Below the pieces are notes generated by a model. That model was not told the origin of the DNA and made no database searches. It worked only from the letters and a program-made list of their open reading frames with translations. From positions 445,058 through 509,057 of the forward strand of contig CBFDEM010000050.1 of the NCBI GenBank assembly GCA_965603825.1: a stretch of 64,000 nucleotides of DNA, in the 5' to 3' direction. Within the stretch, counting starts at the first letter, position 1, and each line of letters starts with the position of its first letter. Origin of the DNA: Blepharisma stoltei ATCC 30299 (lineage: Eukaryota > Protista > Ciliophora). The translations under genes and the position numbers were made by a program. Positions 12,461 through 23,909 of this stretch are shown piece after piece.

Positions 12461-13803
12461 TTTAATATGTAAAAATTTAAAAACTTATAAATTTTATGAA
12501 GGAAAGATGCTGAATCAGCACACAATAATATAAAAACTTATAGCGTACCTTCAGAAAAACTTACACGGAAATTGAGCCACTTGATTTCAAATTAGACGGC
12601 GAAATAGACTTTATGTGTTTGAAAAATAAGTATATAGGTGCTAAATTACCAAGCTGTTAATCTCGATATATTTTTAGAGACTTATCTTCCTATTCAATCA
12701 ATTGATAATATTTCTGGTAATTTTCTAATTCCCAATTAAGTTTATTACCAAACTATAAATAAAAATGATTGCTTTTATAACTATTTGAGCCATTTTTGAC
12801 CTCTCTTATAATTTTATAGTTTTTTAAACTGTGCTTTTCAATTAAAATTATGAAAGCCTATCAAATATTATTGGATAATTGATTTTTGTTAATTATATTT
12901 GATAAAGTTCTATTAAATATATTTTAACTTTTAATTATACTTGATAATTGCTCATTTTGAAGTTAAAATATTTTATAGTAAACTGCTTTATCACTTGCTC
13001 CTTTGAAGATCTAGTTATATCTAATATAGATCATTTATAAAATTCTGAATAGCTTATATGATGATGAAGCTGACATAAAGGCAATTGATGACATATTTTA
13101 TAATTAACAGGATAAGAAAAAGCACTTAAAAGATGAAATTAATGCAACCAAATAAAAGGAAAATGATTAATTTCGAGTAAAGCTTGCAAATTAAAAAGAC
13201 TTGAAGGAATAGATTCCAGAAATAAAATATTTTAATTAAATTTTGAATTCTGAGAAGTAATTATATTACTCATCCAATAAAAGCAAGATATTGGATTCAG
13301 AAGGCAAAATATTTAAATAAAAATATAATAAGGTTATAATCGATAATATTTTTAGTATTTTAAATCTATTTAGAGCAAATAAGCACATAATTTGAGTTTT
13401 AAATCAATTGCTTAACTTAAAATCATAGCCGCAAATTCATCTTTAAAGTTCCTTTACCATCTTATTGATTTTGAATATTTAGGCATAAATACTTTAAAGA
13501 GAAAAAAATTACTAAAACTGATATCACCAAATTTTAAGAGCTTCTCTTTTATCAATAGATGCAGAAATTCAAAAATTTCTTATATTTTGAATTTTAAAAT
13601 AAATATTCTAGTTATGTCCGGAATTTCAAAATTATCACCTATCATATATTTTCTAATTCCATATACGAATTTTATTTAAAATTATAATTTTAATTTCTTA
13701 GGCATTGAGATATCAAAGGAATCGCAAAAAGATCTGAAAACAAATTGTTTCTTATAACACATAGCAAAATACAAAAAGAATCATAAAACCAATAAATTAA
13801 TAA

Positions 13804-14538
13804 ATGGTGAAAAACATACCTCAAGAACTTAAGCCTGTAGCTAAGCTCGAAACTGCTACGGATCCTAGACCATCTAACTTTAATCCTGAAGAATTTGATT
13901 CCAGTTCTCAAGAAATGCATGAGCCTATCCCTTCATTAGATGCTTGCAATCCAAAAAAGCCGAGCTTGGCAAAAGCTAAAAAGTCTCAAATAAAATTTGA
14001 GAACACTGCTGTTGGATGTTTGATTCAATATCTAAGGAAAAACAGCCCAAGCTCCTTAGAAGATATTGTCCGACATGTAAAATCAGTCGAAAGCAGCTTG
14101 ATAACGACTGGTGGAACAAAATTTAGACTAAATGCCTTTAAAATCGCTGATCATGCTATATCATGGAACCCAAAGCTATTTTTGTTGGATAGACACTTCA
14201 ATTATTGTCTGAATGTAACCAAAAATTAGGAAACAAAAGCTGCAGAAGTCGAAGAAAATTTTAAAAATAGAGATGCAAGAAAAGCCCAGCAAGAAAGAGA
14301 GTCAAAGGAAAGGAGCAATAAAAGACTGCAACTGCAAATAGAGAAAAGAAAAAGCTGGGAAAAGATAAGAAAAATCATCATGAATGATTTAAGCGGGGAT
14401 ATGGATGACCCATCATATCTGACGAAGGTGTTTCTCATTTTGACATCAGGCAATAAAGAACTCGCAAGTAAGGTGACTAAAGAAATCAGGCTGGCTTATT
14501 TCAACATGATAAAAAATAAAAATTCTAATTCTTCTTAA
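13804..14538 (+). CDS. 239-aa putative winged-helix (HARE-HTH-like) DNA-binding protein with coiled coil; exons 13804-14214 and 14230-14538
   Basis: Removing the 15-nt intron deletes the TAG and extends the frame by 102 codons that match the paralog at 26059. The fold is inferred from the helix-helix-helix-wing pattern LIQYLRKNSPSSLEDIV..ISWNPKLF..NYCLN. Confidence 0.85.
14215..14229 (+). other. 15-nt spliceosomal intron GTAACCAAAAATTAG
   Basis: GT..AG, A at position 10, contains an in-frame stop, same position in the paralog. Confidence 0.92.
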
Positions 14539-15478
14539 AGCATACCATGCTGGGAATAAAAATACCTTAATTTTTTTTCTTCTAAAATCTTCTTTGAGAC
14601 TTTAATAAAATTTGTCTTTTTAAAGCAAATGATTTTAAAAATTTTTATAACTTATATCTTAAAGCCAAATTTTTTCTGTGATATTTATTACTACTTTTTT
14701 TCGAATTCTGTTGAAAATTTTAGTTGTTCTGATCGATTCATGATACCTATGATTTTATTTTACCAAAAAATTCTTTATCGCTTTTTATCAATCTAAAAGA
14801 GAAGAGTAAAAATCTCCTTACTTCGGTAAAATTTGGACTTTAGCCACCCTATTTTCGTACTTTTATCGTTTTGCTTTATAAGCATTTTGTCCATTTTGGT
14901 TGTCAAGCCAAAATGAATTTCTTCAACACTCAATCATTTCGAAGGATTTCTTGGAAAACTCTTCCAAATATCCACAAATATTAATAAAAATCCACTTAAA
15001 AGCCTAAATTCTCATTAATTTCAAAGAATTAAAAAACAAATATCTGAAATCTCAAAATAGCAAACGGCTTGCTATGAAACAGCAAATTTTGATCTTTTCA
15101 ATTATGCTTTCTTCTTGGCTGATCTCAAATCCCAAGCGTTTGAGCTGATTTTTCTTAAAAAGGATTTGGACTCTCTAAATTTTTGTGTATTTGGCCCTTA
15201 ACTCTGAACTTTTGCATAGCTTCCTAGGCCAAAAACTCGTTGGAGCCTGCAAGGAATTATTTAAAACCTATTCCCCATCTCAGGGTTCAAAAAAACAGGT
15301 ACGGAGCTAAATTTTCGACCCGTCATCTTTATTATTATAAGGGTGTTTCAAAAGTCAGTTTCCATATTTACAAATTGAAAAAGTCTCTGTCCGCGCATAA
15401 ATCGAATTTTTTAAAATTTTCTCAAATGAATATCCACCATTGGTTTTAACAATAAACATTATTTAAATAAGTCACAAT

Positions 15479-18400
15479 ATGAAAAGTCTCATAAGCTTTA
15501 TCGCCCTTATTGGACTTGCTTCTTGTTTGACATTTGGATCATATGATTCAAATTTAGACCCTGGCAGAATTGTTTGGCCAAAAGATACTTGGTTTAACAA
15601 CCCTATTGAGCTTGCCCAAACTAATACAGGATCAACAGTCACCATGACAGTTAACTTCAGACCTACTACTACTTTGACTGGAGCAACAGTTCAGATCATT
15701 TTCCCTTCAACTTATTCTACAGAATCTACCAAAACTGTTACTCTTTCCACTACTTACAACTTAGAGTCTGGCAAAGATACAAGTGTTACTTATTCTACAA
15801 CTCTTCCTAGCGCAGGCTCATATGGTCCATTTGGAATAGTTACTAGACGCAGCGAAACTGGGCAAATTGTCGATGCAAACTACAATTTCGGTTGCATCGC
15901 AGTAACTAGCTCAGTATCATCAAGCTCTCTTACTGTTTCTAGAACTACAAGCAGTACTGCCACTACAATTAACACTGACAATACTCTTGAATTCCAGTTC
16001 ACACTGACCTTCAGTCTTTGGGCTCATGATATCATTGAGATTGCTCCAGATTCAAATTGGGTCCTAAAAACAGGCCCAACTTGCAAATCAGTCGGAGACT
16101 CAAACCCTCTCTTAGGTCCAGACAGCTCGAATACCAGCAACCTACCTTGCTCACTTGGACTAAAAAGCTCAACAACTGCTGGAGTGGCAACTGGGGCTGA
16201 TACTACTGTTGCTTCAGACAGCATTTATATTTATGGAATTGCTTCAGACGCTTATGTTTCTCAAGGATCGACTTCAAATTCATATACCATAAAGCTTGAT
16301 GTTAGTTCTATTACTTCACCAGCATGGGTCACAAGCTCAAGCTCCTGGACAGTTTACATTTGGAGATTCGGAACCAACAACTTGCTTGCTAAGTACTACA
16401 CAAGCTCTGGTCCAGCATCTACTGCAGGATCAGCTACTTTTACAAGCTGGCAAAGTGTTAACTTCCCTTCAAACACAGTCATGCAAAATCAAGTTATATT
16501 TACTAAGCTTACAGTAGGCACTAATAATCCTTTGCCTGCTGAAAGCACTTTGACTGTCACTTTCAGCGGTGTTAATATATATGATACTATTTGGTGGTCA
16601 GATCTCGATACCACCACTGGCGCATCTGCTGATGGACTATGCTACGTTACCCCAGCTATTGATGGCGCAAGCTGTTCAGCATCTGATGCGACAACTGCAA
16701 CTGTGACATTTACTAAAGCACAAGCTAAAGGATCAGTATCTTTTGTTTTATTAAGCTACTTATCTGGATCAAGTCCAACAGTTACTAAAATTACTACATA
16801 CTATGGCTCAACCTCTAATGTTGTAGATCAAAGCGCAAGCAATCCAGGCACATTTACAGTTAAAGTAGCCTCAACAACTTATTATAAGATTCCTGATGTT
16901 GCTTTGCATGCTCTTTCACACGGCACTACAAGCTATCCAAAAATGACCTCTCAAAGTGCCCCTGCTCCATATGCTCTAGGAGCCTCAGGTTCTGTTAACG
17001 GGCAAAACCAAGGAGGTGTCAAAAATAAAGATATTTTCATTCGTATTACTCCTGGCAGCTCAAACACTTGGGGTGGTGGGTCTGGTTATGCAACAACTGT
17101 AGTTTTATATTTCAACAGAGCAACTTCATTCGAATATAGTAATTTTGGCTCAGTTTATTTTGAGAGCACTGCTTCAAAAGCTGATTACATTGATACTGCA
17201 TCTTCATTTTCATCAGCAGCTGCCACTTTGACAGCAACTACTAATGGTATTACTCCTGGAGTCTCAACAAGCAATCAACTTTCTTTATCATTCACTTCCT
17301 CAACCGATGGTCTCGCAAGTGGCTCTTACTACTTTTTACAGTACTCTGATGCTACCAAAACAAGCTTACCTTTTATAGCATCCAATCTAGGAACCTTTTA
17401 CGAAATTTGGGCTATTGCATCCTATACAGTGACTACCACAGCCACAACTGAAATTGGGAGCTCAGTAATTTCTGTACTTCCTCAAACCGCTAGTTCTCAA
17501 TTCTTTACAGTGCCTATTTGCATAGATAACCTGGATGGAATCCCAATAGTCAATCACTATGAACCATTAACTGTAGACTTTGACTTTTCCTCCCAATCAT
17601 ACGCAATTGACATTGAAATTGATGTAGGATATAGCACTACGACAGGATTCATGGGTACTGGCATCATGGCAAATAGCGATAATACTGGAACTCTTACCCT
17701 TAATACCAACTTTTTATCTAGTGCCTCTGGCGCTACTGCTACTTTTAAAGTCTCAACGAATAAGCTAACAATTACTCTCAAAGGTCTTGGATCGACTACT
17801 ATTTCATCTTCAACAAAGGTATTAACTTATTTCCCAAGCGCAATCGCTACCTTAGCAGAAGCATCCTTGAACATTAATTCATATTTCTACTTCCCAAAAT
17901 CATCTGATAGTTCAGTTAGACAAGTTCTCTACCAAGGTTCACTTAGCTGGACCGTCGCATCTGTAAAAAATTTCGATGCTACATCAACAGGTGCTACAAA
18001 AACTTCAGCCACAGCATGGGCCATTGGATCTTCAGCAGGCGTTACTATTTCTAATACTCTTGATAGCGATAATAGAGCAACTTCAATAGTCAATAATGAT
18101 TATATTGGAATTGGCCTCTCACCAGGATTTATATTTTCAGGAACTCCTACATACTCTGTTAAAGTTGGTTCGGGTAGTACTACAAATTCTCCTGCTTCTA
18201 CAACATATTATTTAGGCTCTTCAAGTGATACTGGAGTCGGCGGGTTTATTATGGCTTATGGTACATGGGGTGCTGCAACACCTACTTCTACTGCATCAAC
18301 CTATGACCTCGCAGTTACAGCTCTCCAACCACCAAACCATTCTCTTATAGCTGGAGAAGGCACGTGGGGTGTGTGGGTAGCATCATCATCAGCAATAGGA

Positions 18401-21400
18401 GGCGCATGCTCTTATTCTGAAGCTTATTCTAGCTCCTCTGATTCTACTGTTACAATAGATGAAACCACATTAGCCACTCCGACATGCACTAGCAGTTCTG
18501 GCTCTATTATAGGGCTAAGTGCAGACTCTGTAAATCTTTCAATGACTTTTGGCTTCACCACTACCATTACAGTGCCTAAAGATGGTAAAGTTACTTTCAC
18601 TTTGGATAGCTCATGGACTTGGCCAAGTACAGCATCAAGCTACTCATCTTCAATTTCAGCAACTTTTGGCATTTCTGGCTCAACTTTAACAGCTACGTTG
18701 ACTGCTGAACTTAAAGCAGGCTCATATACTGTGATCGCAGCTGGAGTTGCACCACCAACAAATAGCGGAGCTTCAAGCATTGACAAGGATTGCTTCACAG
18801 CACTTAAAACCTCGACAGCTGGTTTTACAATTGAGAGTTGGGCTACAGCTGGAGGAAGCCCATTGCAAACATCAATTGCTTCTTCTGCTTCTGTGACAAC
18901 TGGTGTTTCTACTTTGACTGTCAATGCCTATCCTAACGTTCCAAGCAAGCTTGCTGATATCTTGCTTACATTTTCTTTAAATAAAAAAATCCCTGCTACT
19001 GGCTATATTACGATATCGACACCTTCTTCTCTTACTTGGTCTTATTCCACATCAACAGCTAGCATTAAAAACTACTGTTGGACCAACTTTGTATACAGCA
19101 GATGTGAAATAGCTTCATCAACTACAATCAACATTTACCCATCTGCTGACATTGCCTCTGGAACCAGCATTGTTGTTTATTTGGATGGCGCAACCACTTT
19201 TTCAGCTGCAGGAAGCTCAGGAAACTTCTTGATTTATGCCTATTGGGGATCAGCTCCAACTAAAATTGTTGATGACTCAGCAGTCACCTCAGGTGGAGCT
19301 GCAATTACTGTTGGATCTGCTGTTTCTGCTGCACTTACCCTTGGAGTTACTATGGACATCTCAACTGCAGGAGAAAAGGCTGCTTACACATTTACCTTCA
19401 GTTCTGAAGCAGCAATTGCAAGCGGAGATCTAATATACATTCAATTCCCAAGAGACTTTGACGCTTACATTGGAGATGCTGACAACACCTACCCTGACTG
19501 TTTACCAAATAACTGGTATCTCACCTGCACATCATCAGCTCTTGGCACCGGCATTACTTGCACTGCAGATCACTGGTATCTTATTGTATCAGGAGCTTCT
19601 GCACAATCTGCTGGAGCTTCAGCATCCCTCGTTGTCTATGGTGTAAGAAATCCAGGACCTTCTGCAACTGGATATTTCAATATTTGGCATTACGATTCAA
19701 CTCAAAAGCTAAAGGCTTCATTTTATTCATCTGTTTCAGTAACCCCTACTTCCTCAATTAGCAATATTAACCTTAAGCCTCTATCAGCTACAGACCGCAC
19801 ATTGACCACTTCCACAACCTATAACTTCGATTTCTACCCAGCCATAAGTTCAAGTACCACCTTCAGCTCAGCCAATACATTCAACATTGTTTTCCCTCAA
19901 CAATTCAACGTCAAACTATACTCTACCAGCTCTTTAAGCTGCAGTGCATCAACTTATGATGAAACTTCAGCCACATCTCCTACTGGAAGCAGTTGGGTAA
20001 GCACCAGCTCTTGCAGCGTAAGTGGAAACGTCGTCTCTTTTGCCATTCCAAGCGGCTCAACTCCTACAGTCAAAACAACTGACAGAATCAGAATTTCATT
20101 GACCAGCGTTAACAATCCACAGTATGGCTTAACAAGAACCAAAGGTTGGGATGTTACTGGAAGCAATTATGGATCTTCGTATTCTTATTGGTCAAACAGA
20201 TTTGACTTATACGTTGTAGACTCCACCAACAAGGTCCTTACTGGAAGAACTTATGGAGTCCTTAACTCTGGATATTTAGGATACTCCCTGAGCACTGCTT
20301 CATCAATTGATGTTAATTCATACAAAGGATCAACCAAGGCTAACCACATCCAACTCTTACCTGGACAACAAAGTGGTGATATTTCAATCAGCGTTGTCTC
20401 AGGATCAAATAACTTTGGCTTGAAATCACAAAAATTGGTACTGACTGCAAAGACAAACTCTAATTATCCAGACACAGCTAGCAATATTAAATTCACTTCA
20501 TTCTACCACTCATACACTGCTTTCCAATTGGATAGTGAAATCGCGTTCAGAGTATCAGCTGCTACTGGAACTGCACTCGGAATTTATTATATTGACTGGA
20601 CTGTCGTAGAAACTCGCCAAGATGGAGTAGCTAACAACATTTACAGTGCTCCTCTCAGCGTTATGGTCGAAGTTTGCAGCACCCCAACAACTGGCACAAT
20701 CGTACCTACTGTTGACACTCTTCCAACCCTTTACGTAGGCTATACTAGCATTCCAATCTTTGTAACCCTTCCTAGTGCTCCAGCTACTCAATTAATTGTT
20801 ACTCCATCATTCGGTACCACAGCTACTGGCATTACCATCAACCCTGCAACCCTTACATTTACACCAGACACCGAAACTCTCTACTTTGAGCTTGTAGTAG
20901 CTTCAACTTATGCCACAACTCAGACACCTAAGCTTTCTTTCACTGTAACTGGCACTGATGCAGCTATCTATGCTGCCCCAGCTTCTCAATCTCCAACAGT
21001 TACTGCAACTCTCCCTACATCATCAACCTCCCTAACTTTAAGCGCTGGTACTCCTACAGGTACTTCAATGACAATTACAGCCAAATTCAGCCAAGATGCA
21101 GTCATCTATTGGGGACTTACCTGCTATGGTGCTGCAGCTCTTACTTACTCTGAGCTTAAGGCACAAATCCAAAGTCTCGTATCTCCTGAATCTACTATAG
21201 ACAGCCTTGAAAAGCAGCTTGCAGATGAGTATCTGGCTACTGAGACCCATATCGACTACACTAAAGACACTGATATTACTTCTTTCTTCAAGAGAATTCA
21301 CAAGAATCACTGCAACACTCTATGGTCCAGCGCTATAGTAAACAGATCTAAGAATGGGCAAGTACAAATCACCTTTGACTGGCTCATGGATAACACTCAC

Positions 21401-22267
21401 TATTCCTTCTATGCATATGCTGACAATAAAATCAGCAGCACTCAACCTACTGCAACTACTGACTTTACCACCTCCTCCTCCCAGGCTGTTTATTCCACCT
21501 CAGTAACCTTCACAGGAGATGTCGCAGCAAGTCTTGATGACAGTATCAGAAGAGGCTTGGCAAAGAATATGGGAGTTAACCCTGATTGGCTCATTTCTAC
21601 AGGAAGAACAACTCCATCATCAGCAACCGGATCTTTAAGGTTCCTCCAGACCTCAACTACAACCTACTCAAGATTTAACTACCAAATGGTTTATGACAGA
21701 AGCAAGCCAGGCTACTCCCCATCCTATATGCTCGCCCAACTTGACCAAACTGGAGCTACTACTGATTTGACTTCTATCGCTGGATCTGCCCCAGCCGCTT
21801 TTGGAAGCGCAACTTCTGTATCAACTGGCACAGTCCCTACCTGGTCAGTTGACCCATCTAAGACTTCAGTTGCTGACACAAGTGCTGTTTTCAGTGTAAC
21901 CTCATCTCAAGTTGGTATTGCTTGTGTATCTTGCACTGATATCACTACAACTAAAACTACTTATGCTTGGCAAGTTATTGACGGATTAGATGCTGAATCT
22001 AACGAAGCACATGGAACATGCGCCAATGTTACTACAGCGGCAACAGCTATCTCACTTACAGTTTCAGGTTTAACCCAAGCCACATCCTACACTTGCTATT
22101 TCACTGCTTGCAACAGCTACCCAACTCATACTTACTGTATGGATGCCAGCACCAGTGGATCAACAGTCACTCCTTTGAAGAGTGTTTCAATTACGACTAC
22201 AGGGTCTAAAGATGATGCAGCAATTTACCTTGGTCTCTTGACTGCTTTCTTCTTAATCTTTAACTAA
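15479..22267 (+). CDS. 2262-aa Ser/Thr-rich secreted, probably GPI-anchored cell-surface glycoprotein with repeated beta-sandwich-like domains
   Basis: Uninterrupted ORF; N-terminal signal MKSLISFIALIGLASC; hydrophobic C-terminus AAIYLGLLTAFFLIFN with no cytoplasmic tail; TAA stop. Confidence 0.93.
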   Translation: MKSLISFIALIGLASCLTFGSYDSNLDPGRIVWPKDTWFNNPIELAQTNTGSTVTMTVNFRPTTTLTGATVQIIFPSTYSTESTKTVTLSTTYNLESGKDTSVTYSTTLPSAGSYGPFGIVTRRSETGQIVDANYNFGCIAVTSSVSSSSLTVSRTTSSTATTINTDNTLEFQFTLTFSLWAHDIIEIAPDSNWVLKTGPTCKSVGDSNPLLGPDSSNTSNLPCSLGLKSSTTAGVATGADTTVASDSIYIYGIASDAYVSQGSTSNSYTIKLDVSSITSPAWVTSSSSWTVYIWRFGTNNLLAKYYTSSGPASTAGSATFTSWQSVNFPSNTVMQNQVIFTKLTVGTNNPLPAESTLTVTFSGVNIYDTIWWSDLDTTTGASADGLCYVTPAIDGASCSASDATTATVTFTKAQAKGSVSFVLLSYLSGSSPTVTKITTYYGSTSNVVDQSASNPGTFTVKVASTTYYKIPDVALHALSHGTTSYPKMTSQSAPAPYALGASGSVNGQNQGGVKNKDIFIRITPGSSNTWGGGSGYATTVVLYFNRATSFEYSNFGSVYFESTASKADYIDTASSFSSAAATLTATTNGITPGVSTSNQLSLSFTSSTDGLASGSYYFLQYSDATKTSLPFIASNLGTFYEIWAIASYTVTTTATTEIGSSVISVLPQTASSQFFTVPICIDNLDGIPIVNHYEPLTVDFDFSSQSYAIDIEIDVGYSTTTGFMGTGIMANSDNTGTLTLNTNFLSSASGATATFKVSTNKLTITLKGLGSTTISSSTKVLTYFPSAIATLAEASLNINSYFYFPKSSDSSVRQVLYQGSLSWTVASVKNFDATSTGATKTSATAWAIGSSAGVTISNTLDSDNRATSIVNNDYIGIGLSPGFIFSGTPTYSVKVGSGSTTNSPASTTYYLGSSSDTGVGGFIMAYGTWGAATPTSTASTYDLAVTALQPPNHSLIAGEGTWGVWVASSSAIGGACSYSEAYSSSSDSTVTIDETTLATPTCTSSSGSIIGLSADSVNLSMTFGFTTTITVPKDGKVTFTLDSSWTWPSTASSYSSSISATFGISGSTLTATLTAELKAGSYTVIAAGVAPPTNSGASSIDKDCFTALKTSTAGFTIESWATAGGSPLQTSIASSASVTTGVSTLTVNAYPNVPSKLADILLTFSLNKKIPATGYITISTPSSLTWSYSTSTASIKNYCWTNFVYSRCEIASSTTINIYPSADIASGTSIVVYLDGATTFSAAGSSGNFLIYAYWGSAPTKIVDDSAVTSGGAAITVGSAVSAALTLGVTMDISTAGEKAAYTFTFSSEAAIASGDLIYIQFPRDFDAYIGDADNTYPDCLPNNWYLTCTSSALGTGITCTADHWYLIVSGASAQSAGASASLVVYGVRNPGPSATGYFNIWHYDSTQKLKASFYSSVSVTPTSSISNINLKPLSATDRTLTTSTTYNFDFYPAISSSTTFSSANTFNIVFPQQFNVKLYSTSSLSCSASTYDETSATSPTGSSWVSTSSCSVSGNVVSFAIPSGSTPTVKTTDRIRISLTSVNNPQYGLTRTKGWDVTGSNYGSSYSYWSNRFDLYVVDSTNKVLTGRTYGVLNSGYLGYSLSTASSIDVNSYKGSTKANHIQLLPGQQSGDISISVVSGSNNFGLKSQKLVLTAKTNSNYPDTASNIKFTSFYHSYTAFQLDSEIAFRVSAATGTALGIYYIDWTVVETRQDGVANNIYSAPLSVMVEVCSTPTTGTIVPTVDTLPTLYVGYTSIPIFVTLPSAPATQLIVTPSFGTTATGITINPATLTFTPDTETLYFELVVASTYATTQTPKLSFTVTGTDAAIYAAPASQSPTVTATLPTSSTSLTLSAGTPTGTSMTITAKFSQDAVIYWGLTCYGAAALTYSELKAQIQSLVSPESTIDSLEKQLADEYLATETHIDYTKDTDITSFFKRIHKNHCNTLWSSAIVNRSKNGQVQITFDWLMDNTHYSFYAYADNKISSTQPTATTDFTTSSSQAVYSTSVTFTGDVAASLDDSIRRGLAKNMGVNPDWLISTGRTTPSSATGSLRFLQTSTTTYSRFNYQMVYDRSKPGYSPSYMLAQLDQTGATTDLTSIAGSAPAAFGSATSVSTGTVPTWSVDPSKTSVADTSAVFSVTSSQVGIACVSCTDITTTKTTYAWQVIDGLDAESNEAHGTCANVTTAATAISLTVSGLTQATSYTCYFTACNSYPTHTYCMDASTSGSTVTPLKSVSITTTGSKDDAAIYLGLLTAFFLIFN

Positions 22268-22604
22268 GACTTTATTCAAATCTTGCCTTAATAAATTATA
22301 ATTATTAATAAATATTGTATCTAATCTTAAATTTTTTACAGTATAAGCTATAAATATAGAGTTTTCACTTAATATAAGGTATATGCCATTTAATAACTTA
22401 CAGCTAAGATATTACGCTTTTATTATGAAAATATAAAATATTCATTCCTTCCAGTTTAGATAATATCAGTAAGATATTTAAATTGTTGATTGCTTATTTA
22501 TAAATATAAAATATCATTGATAATTCCTGCTGATATAATTTTTGTTTTTCTAGAGTGTTTTTTATTTTTCTCATATAGATACTAGATTAAGCTATTCTCA
22601 GAAT

Positions 22605-22790
22605 TTCTGCTAATTAAGAGATAATTTTGGCTTAGAAAACTTAAATATGCTTTTAAAGCTTCATCATGTATTATTTGCTTCCTAATTTCATTTGGATTGA
22701 TTGACTGCAGAGATTTAATCTCACAAACACTTTGACGCCGAATAATCCTAAATTAACTAGATTGTATTAAATTTTTAAATGTAAGGCTTT
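22605..22790 (+). repeat. Duplicate of 9668-9850
   Basis: Shared TCTGCTAATTAAGAGATAA..GAAAACTTAAATAT..TATTATTTGCTTCCTAATTTCATTTGG. Confidence 0.8.
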
Positions 22791-22839
22791 AAGCTAATTA
22801 AACAATATCTTCAGTAATAGGCTACCCTTCGCATTTTCT

Positions 22840-23745
22840 TTATTGCTACCTTACGTAATGCGGCAGTGGATCTTTAACTCTTTATTTATTTTTTCTGAAT
22901 TTCCCATTTTTACAAAATTTCCACTCTCAAGGGACATCTATAATTTTTACTTTTTTGAAATAAAAAACTTCTTTTCAACAGCTAGCAGAGATGGTGTCTT
23001 AAACGATAAGAGAAGCATTTTCAAGTCATCTTATAGTTCTTTTTGCTTCGCTTTCAACCTTAGTGAATCGGCTAATTTTTGAGTCTTTACCTTTCAAGGC
23101 CTAATTTATTATCTCTCCGCTTCTTATTTCTTTTTCTCTTCCTCTGTTATCTTTATCTGCTATTTATAAGCTCTTATTTTTTGCCCTTTTTTAGAATTTC
23201 TTATAATATATTTGACTTTTAGCTCAAAAACACTTTGATTTAGCATAAAGCTCCTCGATTTCTGGGCAAGGTTTTGCTTTATTAAACTCTTTATAGGTAT
23301 TATTTTAATAGGCGAAATCCTCAAAGAAATTTAATTAAATCACACTCTGATAAGCTTTCTTTTCTAACTGCAGAATAATAAAAAATAATCTTCTAGATAA
23401 CACCTTTTTAATTTGGGAAAATTCATCTTTCAGTCTAGAGCTGATAGAAATTACATCAAAAATAAGTTTAGATTCATCTTATCAGATGCCGACATTTGAA
23501 TAAGTATATTCTATTTCTGATCAGGCACCTTTCTTTATCTTTTCATTTGCATTTCATGAGATTTTCTTCTTATCTTTACTTGGCATATTTATCCTATCGA
23601 TGATATCTTGATAAATCCAGTAAGGCTTCTGAAATTTGGCATTTCTCAGTATTTTTCCTTTCTTTAAGCATTTTCTGGCTTCTTACTTAATTTTTGCTTC
23701 GTAATCCTGCCACTATTTGCTTCTTAATTTTATCAATTTTCCCAT
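22840..23745 (-). pseudogene. Decayed 'MGK..' family copy C
   Basis: MGKLIKLRSK*WQDYEAKIK*EARKCLKK..PYWIYQDIIDRINM..; nucleotide similarity to copies A and B; 3' boundary approximate. Confidence 0.55.
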
Positions 23746-23909
23746 TTTTTAATCAATATTTGCCTTTTATCGTCAAGTTACAGCTCATCTCTCGTCATAT
23801 GCTTTTTTGAGGAACTTTTATAGATTCAGCGATTCCGAAGTAAAATTAATTATTTTGCACTAGATGAAAAGGTTCGAGACTCTCAAAAGCATTTCTTATG
23901 AAATTTAGT

